A program made the translations under genes and the position numbers. From a virus, in the IMG/VR virus record IMGVR_UViG_3300028666_000023, positions 129,845 through 193,844 of that record: 64,000 bases of DNA; one strand, given 5' to 3'. Position 1 is the stretch's first letter. Every line of letters begins with the position of its first letter. The notes under the pieces were generated by a model that made no database searches, had not been told where the DNA came from, and saw only the letters and a list, made by a program, of their open reading frames with translations. Positions 45,901 through 54,340 of the stretch are shown here, in pieces.

Positions 45901-46375
45901 CCGCGCCCGACGTCGACTTGTCGACGAAGATCGACTGGAACTGGTCGGTCGCGAGCGAGCGGAGACGCCACTGCGTCGTGCCCACGAGCTCCGCAGTGAA
46001 GCCCGTGATGTTGTTGTCGCTGAAGGCCTCGAGGACCGTAGCGACGATCTGCGAGGGCGACAGCGGCGAACCCACGAAGTCGATCTCCAGGTTCGGGCCG
46101 TTGTTGAGCGACACGACGAGCTTGAGACCATCCAGACCCGCGTACACCGGCGGCGAACCCGTCGCGGCCTTCGCGAGGAAGAACGCGGGGAGCGGCACGA
46201 GCGCTTCGCTGTTGATCGTCTGCCCACCAGTCGCCGTCGTCGTGAGGACGTCGACCACTTGGCGGCACACACCGAGGACGGTCGGAACGAGCGTCGGAGT
46301 GATGACAGTCGGAGTGACCGACTGAAAGACTTGAATGACCTCGACGCCCGGCCTCGGGAGTTCTGCAGTCGACAT
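42926..46375 (-). CDS. Contractile tail sheath protein
   Basis: N-terminal PGVEVIQ; C-terminal VDVVLDVPFPCNYIRLTL; 1149 aa. Confidence 0.85.
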   Translation of the reverse strand: MSTAELPRPGVEVIQVFQSVTPTVITPTLVPTVLGVCRQVVDVLTTTATGGQTINSEALVPLPAFFLAKAATGSPPVYAGLDGLKLVVSLNNGPNLEIDFVGSPLSPSQIVATVLEAFSDNNITGFTAELVGTTQWRLRSLATDQFQSIFVDKSTSGAVLAAFGIGPGKLYVGEPTYAQDALLIPEINLPDPNHNIAQLEVDTDTERAFLFFGGTTGSALMEVLRTQSFLSNGIALAAILHGSVDLTTITLATEATFSGTADITNAGLYGGGGSLNGETIILNVDGAGLTTLNLVGTGNAASEAALLAAIQTQWPTITAVQGGSGGNKLVLTSRTPSTGTLTIGSGTANTNLGLSAGAHTGSAGTLDGQTLVLAFNGGSNLTTTFVPSITLQGYIDQINGVIGQVAFASEDSGAPHHLSIATLLLSALATASVVSGSAAATLGLSVSTVTGTAAVTAIDSGNGTALTTLLSFPGQNFTTSPGSGQVTGTNAITSVTDGHTLIVDDGYNGPQTVSFLSASSSGAILSQINALLGAAAGGKILATIDGSTHLVLTNTLLGQESIVKVVGGTALAELFLTAGVTSRGQAFVPAPGDVLYVDGNQYATIVQVAPGGNTSQLKINKSVPISSNVGSAYYIIAANLNIESATIGVTRPTPNLVVDGVGNLQLKPDLIRNSQGTAIASPAQAQMYVAYKAVRLDVTALAMNPGLLRFSDIPTLESQLAPLDADNPLGLGLWFALQNSPGVQVTGLGIDQTSGNEPFGTVDAFTRAATFLEGYEVYGIAPMTHEDAVFQILATHVTFMSAPENKGERIVLINEPVPTNKLDGLVASGTDGNTNTTSNQFDTGVANLGQLLMAHNLSGVGPYITSAGIYLDVGDGNKYNVINVVGSVVSLKTSGFLPGENDDAYYATTTLPTPLIDQAFAVRIRGAALVLVDGTPDKDGKALAVQQTSQGFANRRVWSVFPDQCAATINGIEQILDGFYMSAAIVGMIANQPPQQSFTNFPMTGFTRVIGSNDTFSNPQLNVMAAGGTYIIVQDAPSTPLISRMALTTDMSSIETRTDSITKIVDFTAKFLRSGLRNFIGRFNITQGFLDSLGHVIQGLLGFLTESGVLIGAQLNNIIQDTSAPDTVLVDVVLDVPFPCNYIRLTLTI

Positions 46376-46388
46376 CAGGGAGTTCCTT

Positions 46389-47381
46389 TCACACCTTCAG
46401 CGTGGCAATCACGTCAGTTTCGCTGCTCTCAGGCGATTGTTCCACACTGCTGCTCTGTATGGGAATAGTTCGCCCCCCGATTGCAGGCGCGCGGACAGCG
46501 GGCGAGTTCGGCCGCGAGCCTCGTACTGTCACCAGCTGCGCAGGATTGAGCGGGTGCGGGACGAGCGGAAGTTGTGGCGGACCCTCTCCAGGATTCGGAG
46601 TATTCCCGTAGACGTCGCTCGCGAGCGGCGCGTACGGAGGCGGTCGGAAGCCTTGTACTTGTACTGGGAGGTTCACGCCGGCGGAGCTGATGGGCCCGCC
46701 GCGGCCCCCAGACGTGAGCTGCATCTCCTCGATCTGTCGCATGCGCAAACGGATCTGCATCTGCAGGTTCTGGATGATGGGCCGGTTGAGCGGCGTGACT
46801 TGCGAGGTTCGGTAGAACTGGAAGGGACAAGTAACCGCGGTGGAGAAGTACTCATCCGCGCTGTCCGCAGCCACGAGCGAGCCGGCAGAAGTAGGGGAGC
46901 CGATCGCCGGCATGCGACCGATCTCGAAGAAGCCCGCTGCCATCAAGAGCTCGCGATGAAGCCAGAGTTGTTCTGCACAGACCCATGCGAGGAACTCCGT
47001 CTCGAGCGAGATGCGCGACAGGCAGTTGATCGTCATCGTGCCGGGGACAAGAACGGACTTCGTCTTCGTGCCGGTGGCTTGATTGAGCTCCAGCATGTCG
47101 TCGAGGCCGAGGGAATAGAACTGCACCGGTCCGCGCGTGATGGAGATCGCCGGACGCGAGCCCATCGTCGAGTCCTTCACCGGGCTCTCGTTCGTGATGT
47201 AGATCTCCGAGACGTCCTGCGTGTCCTCGGGCGACCAGTGATAGTTTCCGGGCATCGCAGCGCCGAAGAGTCCCTGCAGGAACCCGACGAAGAGCGAACG
47301 CGCGTGCTCGAGAGGCGAGTACTTGAAACTATCGCGCGGGAACGCCCCGCTCGGGGCTGTCGTGGGAACCTTCGCCGACAC
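46389..47381 (-). CDS. Tail terminator/completion protein
   Basis: Upstream of sheath; RPAISITRGP, GTMTINCLS. Confidence 0.55.
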   Translation of the reverse strand: MSAKVPTTAPSGAFPRDSFKYSPLEHARSLFVGFLQGLFGAAMPGNYHWSPEDTQDVSEIYITNESPVKDSTMGSRPAISITRGPVQFYSLGLDDMLELNQATGTKTKSVLVPGTMTINCLSRISLETEFLAWVCAEQLWLHRELLMAAGFFEIGRMPAIGSPTSAGSLVAADSADEYFSTAVTCPFQFYRTSQVTPLNRPIIQNLQMQIRLRMRQIEEMQLTSGGRGGPISSAGVNLPVQVQGFRPPPYAPLASDVYGNTPNPGEGPPQLPLVPHPLNPAQLVTVRGSRPNSPAVRAPAIGGRTIPIQSSSVEQSPESSETDVIATLKV

Positions 47382-47688
47382 GTTGACTCATTTCTTTCTG
47401 CTGCTGACCCTGCGCCAAATTGTACGCGAGGCCGAGGCCGGCACCAAGGATGGGGGCGGCAGTGAGCAGCGTGGAGTGCGGGATGGGCTTGCCCGTGAAG
47501 TGTTGCACGGCCTTGTCAGCGTAGTGCGCAACGCCCGCACCTGCGAGCGTACCGAGTCCCATGCCGCCAACGCCCTTCAAAACCGCCTTCAATCGACGCT
47601 TGTTCGCGCTCTCCTCATCGGCTTCAGCCAATTTCAAGATCGCGCGCGCGTCATCACTGGGGAGGTAGTCGAGGAGGGTAGGTCTCAC
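47329..47688 (-). CDS. Small glycine-zipper protein
   Basis: GTGA overlap; LKLAE; GVGGMGLGTLAGAG. Confidence 0.6.
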   Translation of the reverse strand: MRPTLLDYLPSDDARAILKLAEADEESANKRRLKAVLKGVGGMGLGTLAGAGVAHYADKAVQHFTGKPIPHSTLLTAAPILGAGLGLAYNLAQGQQQKEMSQRVGEGSHDSPERGVPAR

Positions 47689-48584
47689 GGCGGGGGCCTC
47701 TTGGCGGGGAACAGACTCATGATGCCCGGGAAGCTGTCGTCGAGGAAGGCTTCGAGGTTCTGCGGGTTCGTGAAGTTCCTCTGGGGCGTGATCCACAAGT
47801 CCTTCAGTGCTTGGTCGAGTACGAGAGGAATCCTGAACTCGATGTCGCGTTGTTCTACCTCGTGCAGTTGTACTTCCTGATGCACGGACGCGCGCGCCTT
47901 CTCCGTCTGCGTGGCGGACACCACGCGCCAGCGTCGGTTCTCCGCCTCGATGATCACGTCGCGCGGCTTCACCGGAGGGAAGAACGCAAAGCGGCCGGTG
48001 GTGTTCACCTGCTGCGTCGAGCCGACGCTCATGTTCTGTTCCGTCTTCGGCGCGGGGTCGATCTGCAGGAACGTCTCGATGGGATGCATGTAGCCGCGCA
48101 CCCACGTCGTGTCGAAGCACGTGAGGCAGTTCGAGCGCACCTTCGATCGCAGCTGCGGGTTCCAACACGAGCAGCGCTGGCCGAACGTGCGCACCGGAAG
48201 AACCCACGCGCGCCGACCTGCGAACTCCTTCATGAGAAGCTGCATCCGCTTGCGGAGCTCGATCGCGATGAGGTCCGGGTCCGGGTCGTGCGACGACGGA
48301 CCGAAGTCCTTCTTGTCCCCCGACGGCACGTGCGTGACGCGGATGACGTAGTAGTACGTTCGCCAGCGGTGCCCGGCGACGAGGATGTTGTCGATGAAGA
48401 CGTACTGGTCGGAGAGCGGGATGGCGATCGGCTCGAACGGCCCGCTTGGTCCCTCGCTGCGCAAGACCGTGTACGTGTAGTCGAGGATGTCCTCGGAAGA
48501 GGGAGCGAGCTCCCAGGAGATCTCGTGGAAGTCGACGTCGAGCGACCTCACGCGGATCGAGCGGACGTCGATCGAGACGGGCAC
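47685..48584 (-). CDS. Head closure/neck protein
   Basis: FN3-like N-terminus, RCSC...CLTC zinc site, RDVIIEAENRRWRV; gene order. Confidence 0.55.
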   Translation of the reverse strand: MPVSIDVRSIRVRSLDVDFHEISWELAPSSEDILDYTYTVLRSEGPSGPFEPIAIPLSDQYVFIDNILVAGHRWRTYYYVIRVTHVPSGDKKDFGPSSHDPDPDLIAIELRKRMQLLMKEFAGRRAWVLPVRTFGQRCSCWNPQLRSKVRSNCLTCFDTTWVRGYMHPIETFLQIDPAPKTEQNMSVGSTQQVNTTGRFAFFPPVKPRDVIIEAENRRWRVVSATQTEKARASVHQEVQLHEVEQRDIEFRIPLVLDQALKDLWITPQRNFTNPQNLEAFLDDSFPGIMSLFPAKRPPP

Positions 48585-48585
48585 G

Positions 48586-49734
48586 TTACTCCTGCGGGAT
48601 GCCCCGGATGAGACGCTCCGTCATCGCCATCTTCGGCTGGCCGAACATGTTGCGCTTCGCGAAGTCCATCGGGTTCGGCGGCGCGAGCGACGGCGTCGTC
48701 ATGGACGGGTTCATGGACGGCATCGTAGCGCGTCCGCCCGGCGCCGGCGCGCCACCACCAACGAGGCCCTTCGCCTTGTCGACGAGTCCCCCGCCGTAGC
48801 TCTTCGCTGCACCGAGGAGGCTCTGCCCACCCTGCATGTTCTTGGCGATGCCGCCCGCCGCACTGCCAGCACCGGCGCCGAGCGCCGCGCCGCCAACCGC
48901 TCCCGAGAGACGGTGACCTTCACCGCCAGCGAGCGCGCCACCCGCGGCGCCGATCGCAGCACCGGTGAGCGCGGGGTTCTTCGCTGCGAAGCCGATCGCC
49001 TTTCCAGCCATCGGAGCGGCCTTTCCGAGAAGCCCGGCGATCGCGCCGAGGCCTCCCGCTTCCTTCGCGAGGAGCTGACCAGCTGCAACCGCGACCTTGC
49101 GGAGCTCGATCTGGTGCGCGTCGCCGCGCGCGAGCTCACGCCCGAGATTGTCGGCGAACGCCCACTTCTCGCTGTTACGCGCGTGCTGCAGGAAGAAGAC
49201 CGCGGTCGCCGAGGCGGTCTTGCCGCCGACGATGCCCTGCGAGTTGTCCTGCACGCCCTCGGCGGGAACAGCACCCATGGCACCAGCGCCTTGCGCGGGA
49301 GCGTCGGGGCCCGCTTGCGGGGGCGGTGGAGACATCGGTGCGCCGGCCATGCCCGCTTGCTCCTTCGCGAGTTGGAGCTCGAGGAGACGACGCTGGAGAC
49401 GGATCTTGTCCTTCATGTCCCACACCTGATCTTCTTCGCGACCGCGCGCGCGCATCTCCTCGCGGCGCTGCATGCTCAGCATGTCCGCCTGAATCTCTTG
49501 CTGCTCGAGGGCGATCGCCTGGTCCATGAGCGGCGAGCCCTGGAACTGCGTGATCCACGAGTGGTAGCTGTCGTCCTTGCACTCGGGCGTGGCGAAGGCG
49601 GTCTTCACCGAGCCGACGTGCGCGAGCTTCGAGAGGTCCTCGTCCGGAAGCTGCCGAAGAAGCTCTTCGATGTCGCCGACGAACGTCGTGCGCTTCTGCA
49701 CTTGGTACGCGTGCTTCAGGAAGGTGTCCAACAT
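48586..49734 (-). CDS. Putative internal virion protein
   Basis: Multiple KxA motifs; glycine zippers. Confidence 0.65.
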   Translation of the reverse strand: MLDTFLKHAYQVQKRTTFVGDIEELLRQLPDEDLSKLAHVGSVKTAFATPECKDDSYHSWITQFQGSPLMDQAIALEQQEIQADMLSMQRREEMRARGREEDQVWDMKDKIRLQRRLLELQLAKEQAGMAGAPMSPPPPQAGPDAPAQGAGAMGAVPAEGVQDNSQGIVGGKTASATAVFFLQHARNSEKWAFADNLGRELARGDAHQIELRKVAVAAGQLLAKEAGGLGAIAGLLGKAAPMAGKAIGFAAKNPALTGAAIGAAGGALAGGEGHRLSGAVGGAALGAGAGSAAGGIAKNMQGGQSLLGAAKSYGGGLVDKAKGLVGGGAPAPGGRATMPSMNPSMTTPSLAPPNPMDFAKRNMFGQPKMAMTERLIRGIPQE

Positions 49735-49743
49735 CGTCGTCTC

Positions 49744-51495
49744 CTACTTTCCTCGAATGGTCTTGATGTCGGAGGCCATGCCGCCGACATCGTCCTTGAT
49801 CGACTTGGCCGCGTTCACGAACGCGGGTCCGACGCGCGCGCCGGTTGTCGCGCCCAAGAGCGCGCCGGCCATCGTAGCAGCAGCTGGGTGCTTCGCGGCG
49901 TGCTCGCCGAGCGTGAGACGCCCGCGAGAGAGCGCGAGGCTCATCGCATCACCGGTCGTGCGCGCGTCGCCCTTGGCCTCGAGCTCCTGCACCTTCTGGC
50001 GCACGGGCTCGTTGCTCATCTGCGACTCGGCGAGTCCGAGGCCGCCGCCGATCAACCCGCCGACAGCGGCGTGCGGAGCGACGGCCTTGAGACCCGACAT
50101 TCCTTCGTGCATGGCGTTGCTGAGGAGGTCCCGAAGGGCTCCGACCTTCTCAGCTCCGACGAAAGGGAGTTGCACCCGCACGCTCGAGAGCGCTTCCTTC
50201 CCTGGCGAACGGCCAGAAGAACCGTCAGCCGGTTCCTTTTGGCTCATGCTGGTCGTCGGGCTCGGGTCCTGCTGCTGGCTCGTCGAAGAGCGCGCGCTGA
50301 CCTGATCGTCGCCGGTCGGTGCCGCGCTGTTCGGCGCGGTGCCGGGGCTCGGTGCTTGATCTGCCGCGCCTTGCGTCGGTGCCGGGCCGGAGCTCGGACC
50401 TGCTGCGGTTGAAGCCGCCGCGAGCGCGGCCTCGTTGCCGGAGAGCGACGGGGGATCGACGGAAGCGGCTTGGAGCAGCTGGCCGCGGAGCTGCTGGTAC
50501 GCGATGCGCATCGCTGCCGCGGCCTGCTGATTCTGCAGGACCTCGTCGTGCGCGGTCATCGCCGTGTTCGTCGCGTCCGCAACCTGCGCCTGATACTGCG
50601 CGAGCTGCGAGTCCGTCATCTGCTGCTTGGTCTCGAGCTGCTGCGCCTTCGTCTCGGCCTCTTGCTGCGCGGCTGTCGCGGCGGTGAGCGCCTCGCGCGC
50701 GTGCGCGAGCTGCGCCGCCATGGCCTGCGTGTCGGCCTCCTGCTCGGCGGCGAGGTACTGCTGCATCTCGGGGTCGAGCTGGGGTTCGACGGCGGGCGGC
50801 GACTGGAGGTTCTGCTGACCGGGCGGACCGCCAGTCGGGCTCGGCATCCCTTGTTGCGCGGGCATGCCTGCATCCTCGAGCGCGAGCTTGAAGGCCGAGG
50901 CCGCCTTGGTGTACGCGCGCTCGTCGTGTGCCTTGCCGGCGTGACGACCGAGGCCCGCGCCGACGTGCTGTCCGAGCGCAGCGCCCGCGATGTCGACCAT
51001 CGGGTTGCCCTTGCCGATCTTGTGCGCGGCTGCGGCGCCGGCGGCGAGACCTGCGATGCGACCGAGCGACGAGCCTGAGCGCTCTCCATGGCGGTGGCTC
51101 TCGCGTTCGAAGTGCGCCGCCGTGTTCGCTTCGCCGCGCGCCTTGCCCGCTTCCGCCGGCGAGGACTTCGACGCGTTCTTCCCCATCGCAGCGTTCGGGA
51201 GCTGCACCGGCGGCGCGGGCGCCATGACGGTGCCCTTCGACATCGGGGGGAGCTGCGAGGGTGAGCCGGGGTAGCCGGTCATCTCGTTTGCGCGCTTCAG
51301 ATGGCCGGGGGCCGTCACCGCGATCGCAGCGGCTTGCTTCAAGATCTCCGCGCGCTCTTCTTCCGGAAGCGTCTCGAGCTGAGCGAACGCCTCCCTCACA
51401 CTCGCGTTCTTCTCCCCGCCCTTCAGGCGAATGAAGAACGCGGCCGCCTCACCTTGAGGCAGCGGCTGTTGCAGGAACGTCTCGAGCTGATTCAT
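49744..51495 (-). CDS. Putative internal virion protein
   Basis: KNAS twice, KAAS, KVGA; coiled coil and glycine zippers. Confidence 0.65.
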   Translation of the reverse strand: MNQLETFLQQPLPQGEAAAFFIRLKGGEKNASVREAFAQLETLPEEERAEILKQAAAIAVTAPGHLKRANEMTGYPGSPSQLPPMSKGTVMAPAPPVQLPNAAMGKNASKSSPAEAGKARGEANTAAHFERESHRHGERSGSSLGRIAGLAAGAAAAHKIGKGNPMVDIAGAALGQHVGAGLGRHAGKAHDERAYTKAASAFKLALEDAGMPAQQGMPSPTGGPPGQQNLQSPPAVEPQLDPEMQQYLAAEQEADTQAMAAQLAHAREALTAATAAQQEAETKAQQLETKQQMTDSQLAQYQAQVADATNTAMTAHDEVLQNQQAAAAMRIAYQQLRGQLLQAASVDPPSLSGNEAALAAASTAAGPSSGPAPTQGAADQAPSPGTAPNSAAPTGDDQVSARSSTSQQQDPSPTTSMSQKEPADGSSGRSPGKEALSSVRVQLPFVGAEKVGALRDLLSNAMHEGMSGLKAVAPHAAVGGLIGGGLGLAESQMSNEPVRQKVQELEAKGDARTTGDAMSLALSRGRLTLGEHAAKHPAAATMAGALLGATTGARVGPAFVNAAKSIKDDVGGMASDIKTIRGK

Positions 51496-51498
51496 CGG

Positions 51499-52020
51499 TC
51501 ACTCCAAAGTGTAGATGATGTGCGCGTTGTCGTTCGTGACGCCGGCCCACGTCCATGCCGGCGGAGTCGAGCTCGGCGGCGGCGCGTAGACCTTGCCCGC
51601 AGTGTTGACCGAGGTGTCGAAGCCGAGCAACGTTGCACCGGTGCTGGTCTTGTTGATCGTGACGCCGTTGGTAGGCGTGACCTCGATGATGGCGAGGCGG
51701 CCGTCGATCGCGAGGACCTTCACCGTGGCGAGCGCGGTCTCGATCTGCGCCTTGAGGTCGGACAGGAGCAGCGTGTTGATGTCGGGGTTGTTCGCCGCGA
51801 CCGACGTCGTGAAGGTCACGGTCGCAACGCTCGGCTGGACGAAGATCAACGTCTTGCCGACGAGACCCGCGATGCCGAGTCCGAGGTTGTTCGGGCTCCC
51901 GCCGTTGCCTGCTGGCTGCGAGCCGGCCATGGGGACGACTCGCGAGCCGAGCAGGCCACCATTGAGGAAGTGCTGGGCCTCGACGATGTCCTTGAACTTG
52001 TAGATCTTGTTGACGGACAT
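51499..52020 (-). CDS. Putative virion structural protein
   Basis: Located in the head-neck operon. Confidence 0.6.
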   Translation of the reverse strand: MSVNKIYKFKDIVEAQHFLNGGLLGSRVVPMAGSQPAGNGGSPNNLGLGIAGLVGKTLIFVQPSVATVTFTTSVAANNPDINTLLLSDLKAQIETALATVKVLAIDGRLAIIEVTPTNGVTINKTSTGATLLGFDTSVNTAGKVYAPPPSSTPPAWTWAGVTNDNAHIIYTLE

Positions 52021-52027
52021 TTTTCCC

Positions 52028-52675
52028 TCAGTTCAACTCCGCGGCTTCTACATTGTAGGACCCGCAGTCACTGCAACGGAAGCACGCGCCCTTGCCATGC
52101 TTACCTTGCCGCAGCTGCAGGTTCTTACTGCCGTTGTTTTGCTTGTCGCCGTCCTTGTGGTGAACGGTCTCATCGTCGCGCAGCGGGCGTCCCAGCTTTT
52201 GCGCCATCACCAGGCGGTGCTCGAGGCAGTAGCGGTTGGGACCGCCCGTCTTGATCTGCGCCATCTCGTAGAACGGGTGGTCGGGCGCCAGTTGCACGAG
52301 CACGTAGCCGCCCTCCGTCACGATGCGCCCACCCTTCCAAGCGTGATGACCCTCACCCGTTTGAAAGCCGGCGGGCCGTGCCTGCACACCCACCTTCTTC
52401 GCGTACTTGTTCACCGTGCGCCACGAGAGCTTCAACTGCTGTGCGATCTGCTGGAAGGATTTCCCAGACGTGTACATCTGTGAGATCTGCATCTTCTCCG
52501 CGTCGCTCAAGTAATCCCGACGCTTCTTGCGGAGAGGGACACCGAGACGACCAAGTGCATCGTACACAGTGTTCTTGTGAACTCCGTGCTGCGCCGCGAT
52601 CTTCTCCGGTTGTTCTCCGCGCAGGTACATGGTCTTGATGGTTTCGAGTTCGTCTGGTTGAAGGTGTCGTTGCAT
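52028..52675 (-). CDS. HNH homing endonuclease with two N-terminal HTH repeats
   Basis: WKGGR..GYV, EHRLVM, VHHKDGDKQNN..NLQL; lower GC than neighbours. Confidence 0.9.
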   Translation of the reverse strand: MQRHLQPDELETIKTMYLRGEQPEKIAAQHGVHKNTVYDALGRLGVPLRKKRRDYLSDAEKMQISQMYTSGKSFQQIAQQLKLSWRTVNKYAKKVGVQARPAGFQTGEGHHAWKGGRIVTEGGYVLVQLAPDHPFYEMAQIKTGGPNRYCLEHRLVMAQKLGRPLRDDETVHHKDGDKQNNGSKNLQLRQGKHGKGACFRCSDCGSYNVEAAELN

Positions 52676-52705
52676 GAAGTAAGCATAGCACCAAATACTA
52701 TGCTT

Positions 52706-53206
52706 TCAATAAGCCGCGTAGGTCGCGTTGACTGACCAGAGCTCGCTGTGAATGCCGGAGTTCGACGGCCCGAGGATCGAGCCGATGTTGATCGCCACCT
52801 TCACGCGCTGCTTCATCTGCTCCGTCTTCGCCATGAAGTACTGGAGCCACGACTGCACGAGAGCGGTCTTGTCGTTGACGCCGACGTTGATGCCGCCGTC
52901 GGAGTAGTTGATGTGGTTCCTCGTTTGAAGAAGACCGACCGACTCGAGGAGTGAGATGGTGGTCATGCGCAGGAGGAGGTTGTGCTGGTTCAACTGGAGG
53001 AGGTCCTCGAGCGACAGAATCGTGAAGTGCGGAGTGCCGTTGAAGTCGGCGAGTGCATCGAGCACTGCCCAGGCGACGATTCGATCGCTCGACTCCTCGC
53101 CCGACACGATGCGATTGAGCTCAGGGAAGTCCCGGTGGAACAAGCGGACCAACTGGACGAAGTCCCTGAAGGTCTGCGTCATGCCGGGAATTCCCTGGAG
53201 CGACAT
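52706..53206 (-). CDS. Putative head-tail adaptor
   Basis: Gene order; INYSDGGINV motif; helical. Confidence 0.5.
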   Translation of the reverse strand: MSLQGIPGMTQTFRDFVQLVRLFHRDFPELNRIVSGEESSDRIVAWAVLDALADFNGTPHFTILSLEDLLQLNQHNLLLRMTTISLLESVGLLQTRNHINYSDGGINVGVNDKTALVQSWLQYFMAKTEQMKQRVKVAINIGSILGPSNSGIHSELWSVNATYAAY

Positions 53207-53209
53207 CGA

Positions 53210-53536
53210 TCAGCCGTCCTTCTTGCTGCTCTTCGGGGGAAGAGAAGCCTTCGCCGGCTGCTTGTCGTCGGACTTGTCCATCGGAGCTGCCTTCGCGGCT
53301 TCTTCCGCCGCGCGCTTCGACGCGTCGGCGTAGCCCTTCGGCGGGGCCCCGAGCGCGAGAATGCCCATGTCGACGAGCTCGTTGATGCCGTCGAGCTTGG
53401 CCTGCACTGCGTCGTCGGGGAGATCGACGCTGGTGCCGGGGGACAAGAGCGCCTTGCCCACGCAGATGGTGTGACCGACGAGACCGCGCTGCTTGAGCTT
53501 CTTGGTCTCGACGTCGGAGATGTTGAAGACCTTCAT
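53210..53536 (-). CDS. Hypothetical protein
   Basis: ATGA coupling. Confidence 0.65.
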   Translation of the reverse strand: MKVFNISDVETKKLKQRGLVGHTICVGKALLSPGTSVDLPDDAVQAKLDGINELVDMGILALGAPPKGYADASKRAAEEAAKAAPMDKSDDKQPAKASLPPKSSKKDG

Positions 53537-54255
53537 TTGTTCCTCCGGCTCTTGCCTTTGCTTGAGGATACACCGGCGACGACTTCGGTGTCGCGCGTGT
53601 CTCCGGGCGGAGCGGTGTCGTCGTCGACTTCTTCGTCGTCACCGGATTCGGCGATCGCTTTCTTGAGCGCCCCCTCTTCAGCGGCGTCGAGGTCCTCGGC
53701 CTTCTTCTTGGCGGCTTCCTCTTCGGCCTGCTTGGCCTCGAGCGCGGCGCGGTCTTCCTCGGCCTTCTTCTCGAGGACGGCCGGGAGCTTGCCCGGGGGC
53801 AGGACCGCTGGCATGGAGCTCTGGTCGTCGCCGACGTACGGCGGGATGACCTCGCCGATGCCCTTGTTCTTGTCGTTTGCGATGCTGTCGAGCGGGAAGT
53901 TCGGCAGCGGCGGCGAAGGCAGGTTGGGAGTGACCTCGAGCGTCTCGACGTCGAGCTTGCTGCCGTCTGCGAGACGAACTTCGAGCAGGCCTGCCTTCAC
54001 ACGGCCCTTGATCTCCTCGAGGTGTTTCATGAACTGCGCCTCGCTGAGCGCGAGCGCGCGAGCGCGAACGATGCGGTGCTCACCTCCGCCGAGGTGCTGC
54101 TTCATACCGCGGTGAGACGCGGCGGCGTAACGCTGCGTGCGGTTGTGGCGGGAGCGCGAGGTGTTGTGGATGAAGTACTTCGGTTGCTCCGGCGGCGAAG
54201 TCTCCACGCCGTCTTCCGGCGCCTCGTCTTGATCTTGCACTTGGTCTTCGGACAT
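53533..54255 (-). CDS. Hypothetical protein
   Basis: SD AGGAG. Confidence 0.7.
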   Translation of the reverse strand: MSEDQVQDQDEAPEDGVETSPPEQPKYFIHNTSRSRHNRTQRYAAASHRGMKQHLGGGEHRIVRARALALSEAQFMKHLEEIKGRVKAGLLEVRLADGSKLDVETLEVTPNLPSPPLPNFPLDSIANDKNKGIGEVIPPYVGDDQSSMPAVLPPGKLPAVLEKKAEEDRAALEAKQAEEEAAKKKAEDLDAAEEGALKKAIAESGDDEEVDDDTAPPGDTRDTEVVAGVSSSKGKSRRNK

Positions 54256-54282
54256 GACGTCTCCTGGTGGAATGCTGAAACG

Positions 54283-54320
54283 AAAAAGGCGGCACGGGTT
54301 TGAGGCCCGTACCGCCCTTC
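54283..54320 (-). terminator. Terminator after the capsid gene
   Basis: GGCGGTACGGG/CCCGTGCCGCC stem plus T-run. Confidence 0.75.
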
Positions 54321-54340
54321 GGGCCCGAGGGCCTGGTTGC

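Noticed and set aside
8878-46375. Extracellular contractile injection system or tailocin
   Set aside because: Capsid, prohead protease and terminase genes indicate a true phage
42875-46468. Long plus-strand ORFs (1197 aa here; also 48487-50412, 54254-56080, 33287-34471)
   Set aside because: Antisense shadows of GC-rich minus-strand genes, with Arg/Val-rich composition and no motifs
32830-52675. Group I introns around the HNH genes at 32830 and 52028
   Set aside because: Flanking genes appear intact and there is no non-coding space for an intron core
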